A stretch of 64,000 nucleotides of DNA from an uncultured Planctomycetota bacterium (GTDB lineage Bacteria > Planctomycetota > Planctomycetia > Isosphaerales > Isosphaeraceae). A model generated the notes under the pieces. It ran no database searches, was not told the DNA's origin, and was given only the letters and a program-made list of their open reading frames with translations. Positions 34,395 through 43,389 of the stretch are shown one piece after another. The DNA lies in the NCBI GenBank assembly GCA_963823665.1, contig CAWGMQ010000010.1, positions 448,001 through 512,000 on the forward strand. Reading direction: 5' to 3'. Positions within the stretch are counted from its first letter, which is position 1, and every line of letters starts with the position of its first letter. A program made the translations under genes and the position numbers.

Positions 34395-34785
34395 CGGAGC
34401 GAAAGGCGACAATGGGGGATGTCAGATACCCACCTTTTGCCGGGCGTCGGGCACTTGCCTTGTCAGTTTCCAAAATCGTCAGAGGCCGTGGTTTCGCGCC
34501 GAACTTGCGAACCGCGAATGAATGGGTGCGGTGGACCGTGACAAGAGGATCACCCTTCTCGCGGAGGGCCAGACTAAGAGTACCGAGTACGGGCGCTAGT
34601 GCGAGTAAGGATACGATTGGGATTATGATTAAGATTATGATTAAGAGCAGGAGTCGGAGTGGTGCGGTCGAGCGACCCTCAGTAGGCGGCGGCCTGGACA
34701 GACCCCCCCTGGCCCTAGGCTGATGAAAAGACGGCCATCTGGCGAACTTCGAAGGTGGGTGATTCGGCGTTTTCTGTTGCGCGAA

Positions 34786-35262
34786 GGGGGCTGACGCCCC
34801 CGCTCGCCCGGAACCGTTGATCGCAGACAGGGGGCTGACGTCCCCCGCTCGCCCGGAACCGTTGATCACAGACAGGGAGGGGACTGACGTCCCCCGCTCG
34901 CCCGGAACCGTTGATCGCAGACAGGGGGCTGACGTCCCCCGCTCGCCCGGAACCGTTGATCGCAGACAGGGGGCTGACGCCCCCCGCTCGCCCGGAATTT
35001 GACGTCCCCCGCTCGCGCGGAACCGTTGATCGCAGACAGGGGGCTGACGCCCCCCGCTCGCCCGGAACCGTTGATCGCAGACAGGGGGCTGACGTCCCCC
35101 GCTCGCCCGGAACCGTTGATCGCGGACAGGGGGCTGACGCCCCCCGCTCGCCCGGAATTTGACGTCCCCCGCTCGCGCGGAACCGTTGATCGCAGACAGG
35201 GGGCTGACGCCCCCCGCTCGCCCGGAATTTGACGTTCCCCGCTCGCCCGGAACCGTTGATCG
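34786..35262. repeat. Tandem array of a 45-bp unit with 25-bp truncated units (12 core copies)
   Basis: Unit AGGGGGCTGACGYCCCCCGCTCGCCCGGAACCGTTGATCGCAGAC. Core GCTCGCsCGGAA starts at 34802, 34847, 34896, 34941, 34986, 35011, 35056, 35101, 35146, 35171, 35216 and 35241. Confidence 0.95.
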
Positions 35263-35685
35263 ATGTCTGACACTCGCCGTTTGCCGAGCGTCGGGCGGTC
35301 GCGTGCGGCGTGTTCGTAATGACCAGAGCCCGTTGTTTTGCACCGGAGGTGTGAACTTGCGATCTGTTTCTGATCAATCCTAAATATGCAATAAACTCGA
35401 AACGGTGCGCGCATCCGGTGCCCTATCGACATGTATTTCCGGAAGGATCGTCACAATCCGATCGCGTTCCCGGAAAAGCCCTTTTTGAAGGACCGGAATT
35501 AGTTGCGTAGGCGGGAATCGTGCACCATATTGTGGTGGACGGGCGATTGGTCCGGGATGCCACGTCGTTCGGCGCGGGTGCTCGCGCTGCGGCATCAGGC
35601 GATTGGTCGTCTTTTCGGAGGGCACCGGCCGTGGCGGCAGCTCGCTGCTCGGGGTGCGCGCGATACATAGGGTTATGGTGATGCG

Positions 35686-37467
35686 ATGAGTGATCAAGTT
35701 GCGGCTGTGGGCGGAACGGATCATGAGGTTCCTTCGCTCCCCTTTGGCGGTCGACTCAACGCCGTCAAACACGGGCTCACGGCGAAGACTCGGGTTTTGC
35801 CGGGTGAGGACCCTGTTGCTCTTCAGGCTCTGATCGATGGGTTCAAGGCGAATGCTCAGGCGAAAAACTTGATCGAAGAGAGCTTGCTCGAGATGGCGGC
35901 GAGGTGTTTCTGGCGGGCCGGGCGTGCTGAACGGCTCGAAGCGAATCGGGGGACCATCGACATCGTGCGGCGAGCGGAGACCGATGCGGCTCGCGCGGCA
36001 CAGGAGGTCGCGGCGCTGGGGAGTCGCCTGTTCTTTGACCGCCGCGGGCCGTGGCAACTGTGGCCCTGGCGAGACTATTACTCCAATCCGCCACGGAAGT
36101 CGGCGGCGGGTGATGCCGAAGACCCAGATGGGCCGCGCAAGGTGGTTGATCAGCTTGAAGCGACCCGAGAGGGGGTGAATTGGCTGCTGCGCGAGTGGTA
36201 TGAGATCCGGAAACCGCTCGAGGCTGGAGGCGAGTGGCTGCCGTGCCAGAAATTCAAGGTCATCCGCTTGCTGGGAAAACAGCCGCTCGATGCCATTCAT
36301 GATGACGAGGTCGCCCTGGTATTCCTCGCCAACCACGCCATCGCGCCGGAATTCTTCTCCGCCTTCGACGAGCTCAGGTGCGAGATCGACGAGAACCGGC
36401 TCGAGCAGCACATGGCTCAGCTCGAGCGAGAAGAGCGGAAGGCCATCACACCCGCGGATGAGGAGGCGGGACGCGCAGCACTGCTGGCGATCGTGGATAA
36501 GGCCATCGAGCGGCTGTTGAGGCTCGGAGCCGAGCGCGGGGAGGTCGCCGATTTCCTCCGACAGCTTGAAAGTCAAACACCGAGCGACGCGGGGACGAAG
36601 GCGGTCGCTCCCGTTCAGCGGCATCTTGGAGATTGCAACCGGCTGATGCTAAGGAACATCGACGCTTTTCACCGGCTACGCCGGAATGAGGTCGAACGGT
36701 GGGGGATTATCCGGCAAGAGCGAGAGCAGAAGAGAGAGGAAGCACGACGCAAGCGAGAAATGGGGCCTGACCCGCGACTGATTGTGGATGCGCGCGGGAA
36801 GGTTCGTCAGGCCGAGGGCTACCGGTGGAAGCTTCAAGAAGGCCTGGCACGGTACGAAGCCGTGATTGGGCGGCAACCGTGCGAATTGGATGAGGGTTGG
36901 AGTGAGTCTCCCTGGAACGATGAGCGGGATCGGGAGGATCACGACGGTACGTCGACGCAGGCCGAGGCACAGTGCGCTCTTGGAGGCCAGCAGGGCGGGC
37001 TGCCGGGGGACGGCGGAACCGTGCCTGTGAGCAATCTGATGCGGGCAGATTATCAGTGTGAAGCGGCGGGTGTGGGGGTGATCGATTTCGTTCCCGTGCA
37101 GTTTACGGGGAAAGGAGATGCGGCGAATCTACAAAACGAGATTGTGGGCGACTTACCGATCGGTGGTGTGAAGGCCGGGCGACAGGAACGCGGCGAGACT
37201 CAACGCCAGAAGGACGTCTCCGGCGATGAACTACAGGCGTCTTTGCCTGAAGAGGGTTGCGATCGGCCGGCTCGTGTGGCGGAGCCGCTTTCCAAGCGGG
37301 AGAGACGGCGGCGGCAACGGGAAATGGCGAGGAACGAGTTTGAGCGGCGGCGCGGGGTGATGCCGAGTGAGCCCAATGTTTCAGTGGGCGAGATACTCGA
37401 CATCGCTCACGGATTGTTGCCGAACGCGGTTGCGTTTCGTCGGAAACACGGGCCGAGGTCGCCGTGA
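35686..37467 (+). CDS. Hypothetical protein with N-terminal NAVKHGL...LPGED motif
   Basis: Uninterrupted 593-aa ORF; RLNAVKHGLTAKTRVLPGEDP...WRAGRAERLE; charged helical middle and low-complexity C-terminus. Confidence 0.7.
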   Translation: MSDQVAAVGGTDHEVPSLPFGGRLNAVKHGLTAKTRVLPGEDPVALQALIDGFKANAQAKNLIEESLLEMAARCFWRAGRAERLEANRGTIDIVRRAETDAARAAQEVAALGSRLFFDRRGPWQLWPWRDYYSNPPRKSAAGDAEDPDGPRKVVDQLEATREGVNWLLREWYEIRKPLEAGGEWLPCQKFKVIRLLGKQPLDAIHDDEVALVFLANHAIAPEFFSAFDELRCEIDENRLEQHMAQLEREERKAITPADEEAGRAALLAIVDKAIERLLRLGAERGEVADFLRQLESQTPSDAGTKAVAPVQRHLGDCNRLMLRNIDAFHRLRRNEVERWGIIRQEREQKREEARRKREMGPDPRLIVDARGKVRQAEGYRWKLQEGLARYEAVIGRQPCELDEGWSESPWNDERDREDHDGTSTQAEAQCALGGQQGGLPGDGGTVPVSNLMRADYQCEAAGVGVIDFVPVQFTGKGDAANLQNEIVGDLPIGGVKAGRQERGETQRQKDVSGDELQASLPEEGCDRPARVAEPLSKRERRRRQREMARNEFERRRGVMPSEPNVSVGEILDIAHGLLPNAVAFRRKHGPRSP

Positions 37468-37484
37468 TTCGTGCGAATCGTTGG

Positions 37485-37599
37485 CCCCTCATACGGTGCG
37501 CGGGAATGGTCGCTTGCCCGGGTCGGGGGGCGGAGCCCCTCCTACGGTGCGCGGGGATGGTCGCTTGCCCGGGTCGGGGGGCGGAGCCCCCTCCTACGG
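37485..37599. repeat. Two tandem 51/52-bp units, each carrying a GTAG-type palindrome
   Basis: TACGG recurs at 37492, 37543 and 37595; the minus strand reads GTAGGAGGGGCTCCGCCCCCCGAC. Confidence 0.8.
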
Positions 37600-37727
37600 G
37601 TTGGGGCGAAAGGGACGCGCGGCGGCTCTCGCTGGTGCGCGGTGCTTCGAGCGGATCACTGGCGGGTGACGCCCTTCAGCCCGCCTGGCCCCCCCTTTTG
37701 GAAGGGGGGGAACAGGACCGGCGCCGG

Positions 37728-38308
37728 CTAACGGGTTGGCTGGTCCAGGAAGTTCTTGAGCAGCTTGATGCCTTCGAGCGTCAAGAAGCTCTCGGGGTGG
37801 TACTGAACGCCTTCGAGTGGATATCGCTTGTGACGCACACCCATGATTTCGTTCTGATCGGTCCAGGCGACGACTTCGAGGTCGCTCGGGCAGCGTGCCG
37901 GGCTCGATCACCAGGCTGTGGTATCGCGTCGCCTCGAAGGGATTGGCGATTCCACGATAGATTCCGCGGCCGTCGTGGTGGATCCACGAGGTCTTGCCGT
38001 GCATGATCCGGCCGGCCCGCACAACCTTCGCTCCCAGGGCGTGTCCGATGCATTGATGGCCCAGGCAGACGCCGAGCAGGGGGATCGTGGGGGCGAATCG
38101 CGTGACGACGTCGTTCGAGATTCCCGCCTCGACGCGGAGTGCACGGACCCGGAGAGATGATCAAGTGGCTGGGCGCGAGCCGCGCGATCTCTTCGACCGT
38201 GCACTGGTCGTTGCGCACGACTTTCAGGTCGACCGATGCGTCGATCTCGCCGAGCCGCTGCACGAGGTTGTAGGTGAACGAGTCGTAGTTGTCTACCAGA
38301 AGGATCAT
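37728..38308 (-). CDS. trpG: Anthranilate/aminodeoxychorismate synthase component II (class I glutamine amidotransferase; TrpG/PabA); frameshifts ~38135 and ~37885
   Basis: [52 protein letters not shown]. Confidence 0.9.
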
Positions 38309-38579
38309 ACGCAATCGCCCGGCGAGGCCGTGCAAACGGCAGAAGGGAGGAATCCGGACGAATCCTGGCTAACCATCTGGATCGTAACGTGCGGGCGATC
38401 CGACCGGAAGAGTACCCGTCGTGAATTGCGGATGTGCGGAGGGGCCGCGTGTTATCCTTGATCTTGGGACGCCCGGCGCCAGGCGGAGGCTCGGTCTGCC
38501 CGTGCGCCCGTTGGGAGCGATCACGGTTGCGAACTTCTGCCGGCCGTACGCCGGGGCCGGAAAAACAGGGAGGACCAGC

Positions 38580-39076
38580 ATGTCGAGCGCAATTGTCGCG
38601 ATGAGCCTGACGTTGGCGGCGAACGCCTTCGGCTTGGGCCACGATGATGCGGTGGTACAGCCCTCATGATCCCGAGCCGTACTTGCACATCCTGCCGGAC
38701 GGGCCGGGCGACGGTTGGGGGTTTCCCAACGGGCAGCCCGATGGCTACGGCTGGTTCGATCACGGCACCTTTCTGCCGTTAGGCGCCAACCGGATTCCGG
38801 ACTACTTTTTCCCGCGATATTTCGCGGCCGTGCCGGCGCAGATGTTTCCCCAGACCTATTACAACTGCTTTCGAGACACGCGGCCAGCGATACATACCCT
38901 ACGCCGGGGGCGGAGGCGAGCACCCGATGGGCGGACCGCCGCTGGCGTCGTCGCACCTACCTGTCTCCCCGTACACGGCGAACCCGGATAATGTTCCGCA
39001 GGTGGAGCTTCCCAAACTGAACGGTGTGATCGAGGCAGCACCGCTCTCCTCCGGCAGCTCGGGCTTGACGCCGTGA
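38580..39076 (+). CDS. Secreted Pro/Gly/aromatic-rich hypothetical protein; frameshifts ~38645 and ~38870
   Basis: GGAGG RBS, MSSAIVAMSLTLAANAFG signal-like start, ILPDGPGDGWGFPNGQPDGYGW, ...SSGSSGLTP stop; hairpin at ~39151-39174 follows. Confidence 0.6.
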
Positions 39077-39177
39077 TAACCGTTGAACGTGCAAAGACCC
39101 TGACGGGGAAGTTCGCCCTCCCGGGATCGATCAGAGCGCCAAGAGGCTCACCGGGAGGTTTGGACCCTCCCGGGTGC

Positions 39178-39206
39178 TTGTCAAAGTCAGGAGCGTCTTT
39201 TAGCAT
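39178..39206 (+). promoter_or_regulatory. Sigma70-type promoter of the ABC operon
   Basis: TTGTCA (39178-39183), 17-nt spacer, TAGCAT (39201-39206). Confidence 0.55.
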
Positions 39207-39384
39207 GGAAGAGAGTCATCACTGCTGCCGGACGTGCCTGAACTGATCGGTCGTTTCGGGCGAAATACCGATTGATGTGCGCAGCCTCCTGGAATCGGGC
39301 GAACATTCCGGGAGGCTCGTTCGTAGCAGACGCTAGAGCTTTCCGCGTTCATCGACTTTGTATTTCAACCGGAAGGTCTGCTTA

Positions 39385-40349
39385 ATGAGTTCGGAAGTCA
39401 TCATCGAGACGAGGAATCTCACCAAGGTCTATCGCGATTTCTGGGGTCGGCCCAAGGTTCAGGCCCTCAAGGCACTTGACCTTCAGGTGTATCGCGGCGA
39501 GATCTTCGGCCTGCTCGGGCCCAACGGCTCCGGGAAGACGACCACGATCAAGCTCTTGCTCGGGCTGCTGTTCGCGACCGAGGGCGAGGCGTTGATCTTC
39601 AATGAATCGACGACGAGCGTCGCCAAGAACGAGCGGATCGGCTACCTGCCAGAGGAGTCGTACCTTTACAAGTTCTTGAACGCCGAAGAGACCCTTCATT
39701 TCTATGGACGCTCTGTTCAAGATTTCTGGAGCGGAGCGGAAGAAGCGGGTCGGCCAGTTGATCGACATGGTGGGCCTCACCAGTGCGAAGCATCGCCAGC
39801 TTCGCGAGTATTCGAAGGGTATGCAGCGGCGCATCGGGCTGGCCCAGGCGCTGATCAACAACCCCGAGCTGATTCTGCTCGATGAGCCGACGTCGGGGCT
39901 CGATCCGATCGGAACTTCGGAAATCAAGCAGTTGATTCGCGACCTGCGCGAGCAGGGCAAGACGATCGTCCTTTCAGGGCACTTGCTTGCCGACATGCAG
40001 GATATTTGCGACCGGATTGCGATTCTTCATCGTGGCGAGTTGAAGGAGATTGGCCGCGTATCGGATCTGCTGACCGTTCAGGACGTGACGCAGATCAAGG
40101 TGCGCAATCTCTCGGCGGCGGCGATCGAGGAGATCCGGGACGTGATCCACCGGCATGGTGGAGTCGGACGTGCTGGTCGATCACCCCACGACGACGCTCG
40201 AGGAACTGTTCTTGCGAATCGTGCAAGAGAGCGAGCTTCACCCGGGACGGAGGAAGGTCGCGCACGACATGGCTCGTCCGGCTCCGCCGCGGCCGGGCGA
40301 ACTTGCCGGTGCTCGAGGAAATCCGGGGCGCAGGGACGATTACAGGTAG
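39385..40349 (+). CDS. ABC transporter ATP-binding protein; frameshifts ~39710 and ~40160
   Basis: GPNGSGKTT (Walker A), YSKGMQ (signature), ILLDEP (Walker B), SGH, TTLEELF. Confidence 0.92.
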
Positions 40350-40598
40350 CGTGCCGGCAACCATCGAACGAGGGACAGGTGAGACACCTTCGGTCTGGCT
40401 AGCGGCCGCCCGAAAGCACCCCCTCCGGCCCCCCCTTCGAGAGGGGGAGCTTGGCGCAAGCTACAAGGTACGCGGTGAGAAATCAGGGTTGAGTCGATCA
40501 GGGTTGAGTCGATCGCAGGTTTTGAACGGCTCGGGCCTTGGCGGGGCCGTAAACTGCGAGTTGACCGGACAGACGTGACAAGCAACAAGAGGAACTGA

Positions 40599-43389
40599 AT
40601 GTCCGCGTTCTTGACTTCTTTGCCGATTTTGTGGGCCCAGGTGAATGCTGCGAGCAATCCTGCACCGAGGATGTCGCAGCGCGCGCTGGCCGCGATGACG
40701 TGGCTTTTCATAGCAAGTGATCCCAGCGTCGGCGTGCGGGATTCGGTGCTCGGTGGGATTCTGACGTGGATCAAGGCGATCAGCCTGATCTGCCTGGTGT
40801 GCTGGGTGGTTTCGTGGCTGATCGTGGGGATCAAGGAACGGATCATCGCGCAGGGTCGGTGGTTTGATTACCTGGGATTGGCGGCGGCGGTTCTGACGCC
40901 GGCCTCGGTGGCGCTCAAGGTGCTGGAGGATGCCGGGCGGGTTACGCGGTACAGGATTGGTGCGTATCCGCTGACCACGATCGCGGCGATTCTGTGCATT
41001 CTCTTATTCGCGGCGTGGGCCGAGATGGCGACGGTCCGGACGATTCGCCGGGTGGGCCGGCGACTCGGACTGGGTCGTGCACATTGCGCTGCACCTCGCC
41101 CTGGCGCTGGGTGTGGCGATCGGGTTCTACCTGTATCAGAGCGGGTTCTTGCTGGCGATGGTGCCGTTTGACCCGCAAACGAGGACGCGCCCCGTGCTGA
41201 ACTGGATCGACGGGCTGAATTTCGGGGTGCGATTCGGCGGGACGTACATGGGATTTGTGGTCTTGTTCCGGGTGGCGTGGGAGCTTGTGCGCGAGTTGTT
41301 CTTGATTCGAGGGCGGAGGCTGTATTCGATTGCGAGGCTGAGCATTTACGAGTCGAATCGGAAGATGTGGGCACCGTGGGTTGTGGGGGTGGTGTTTCTG
41401 CTGGTGCTTGCGTTCACGCACTGGTTTCTGGAGCCGCCGCGGCCGGCGGAGATGGGCCGGCTGTACGTGGGGACGCTGAGTCTCTTGTGTTCGATCTTGC
41501 TGACGGTGATGGTCACCATCATGACGCCGCTCTCGTTGCCGACGGACATCCAGCAGCAGACGATCTACACGGTGGTTTCGAAGCCGGTGCGGCGGATCGA
41601 GTTGATCTGGGGGCGGATGCTGGGTTACATGTTCATCGTCACGGTGCTGATGCTGGCGTTCGGGGGCATCAGCCTGTTCTATTTGCAGCGGACGGTCGGC
41701 GGCGAGCTGGCGAGCATCGAGCTAAAGGCCGAGAAGGCCAAGCCGTATGACCTGGTGCTCTTGCCACCGGTGAAAGACGTTGCCAGCCTGCCCCAGAGAG
41801 GGAACAAGCTGTTTGTGGTCGGGACTGTGGGAGATGAGCTCCACTTCCGCATTTTCGGCTTTGACGGCAAGATTGTCCTGGACACCGCCGAAAAGAAGCT
41901 GACGGAAAAGACCGAGCAGATCGAGAGTCTCAAGAAGGACCTGACCGCCTTATGGCCCCCGCACTCGCTCGCGACGACGGAGAAGAACTATCTGGTTTCC
42001 ACGGTCGCCTCGGTCGTCGGTTACTCGCTCAAGGATGTGAATATCAGCGATTACAAGCAGCTCATGGACCAGGCGGACCAGCTTCGCGTGCGGATGCAAG
42101 CGAGGGTTCCGATCAAGGGCTCGCTGTCGTTCCTCGACTCGCATGGGGTGCACAAGGCGGTGGGGATTGACGTGGGGGCGGAACAGCCGATGAAGGAGCC
42201 CAGGAGCCATATCGAGGGAGCGACTCCCTCGACGGCGATCTGGCGGTTTGGCCGCGAGGTGCCGGACCCGTTCGCTCCGCCGGGGCGTTTCATCCCGCTG
42301 GACCGGCAAATCCCGGTTCAAGATTTCATTTTGCCGGGCACGGTCGAGTGGGAGCTCGATCGGGTTTTCACGCTCGCCACGCAGATCGATGCCGCGCGTC
42401 GGGAGAAGGAACGACCGGGAGTGGCGACGGCCCGGGTGGCGCAGCTCGACGCGGCGATCAACCGGAATCAGCAGGAGCTGACCAGAGCGCGGAGCGATTA
42501 TGAGGCTCTGCTGAAACGAAGGGACGACCTGAGGGCGCATGCGGCCGAACTGGCGGCGAGCGGCAAGAACGGCGAGGCTGCTGCTGCCCGGAGGCAAGCG
42601 GCGGCGCTGTCGTCGCCTCCGATCAAGGTCGAGATGACATTCAACGTCTATCGCACGACAAAGGGGAAGATCGGCGAGCCGGTTTATGCGGAGATCGAGG
42701 CGATCAATCCGATGACCCAGCGAAAGTTTGAAGGCGACGTCTTCCCGATCAAGGAATACTACACGAATTCGGTGACGCTGCCGGCGTCGATTCTCGCGGG
42801 CTCGGACGGGTGGCTTAACGTGCAGATTCGCTGCCTGACGAATTCACAGTATCTCGGGATGGGAGAAAGCGACCTGTATCTGCTGTCGTCGTCCGGGAAC
42901 TTCGGCTTCAATTACATGAAGGGTCTATTCGGTGTGTGGCTGCAAGCGATGGTGCTGACGGCCATCGGGGTCTTCGCTGGTACGTTCCTGAGCTGGCCGG
43001 TGGCCCTGCTGACGACGATCTTCTTCTTTGTCGCGGGGCAGCTCGCGTTTGCTTTCCTCGTGGACATCTCGAGGCAGGCTGTGCTGGGTGGCGGGCCGTT
43101 CGAGTCGCTGATCCGGATTATTTCGCACGATAATCAAATGAGCGAGCTGACGCCGACCGGGGCGGTGGTGCTCGCCAAGACGCTCGATTCGCTGGCGATG
43201 CCGGTGATGTCGAGGGTGGTTTACCTCGTTCCGAATTTCCAGGCGCTGGACGTCAGCAACCTTGTGGCCGACGGGTTCATGGTGAGCTGGCGGGTGATGA
43301 TCTCCAATCTTCTGTTGGCGGTGGGCTACGCCCTGCCGTTTTCGTTCGCCGGTTACCTCATCTTGAAGAACCGGGAGGTCGCAGCATGA
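40599..43389 (+). CDS. Large ABC-2-type permease-like membrane protein with big extracytoplasmic loop; frameshift ~41070
   Basis: N-terminal TM fragment (40599..41171) joins ORF 41077..43389 with LPTDIQQQTIYTVVSKPVRRIELIWGR and C-terminal TMs ending KNREVAA. Confidence 0.8.

Noticed and set aside
34786..35262. CRISPR array
   Set aside because: Inter-repeat sequences are identical rather than unique spacers, the period is only 45/25 bp, and no cas genes are present in the window.
34327..35432. Repeat-protein ORFs spanning the tandem array
   Set aside because: ORFs occur in several frames on both strands simply because the unit lacks stops; there is no RBS or domain evidence.
35380..36624. 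414-aa minus-strand ORF
   Set aside because: Antisense to the 593-aa gene, which has the recognisable motif.
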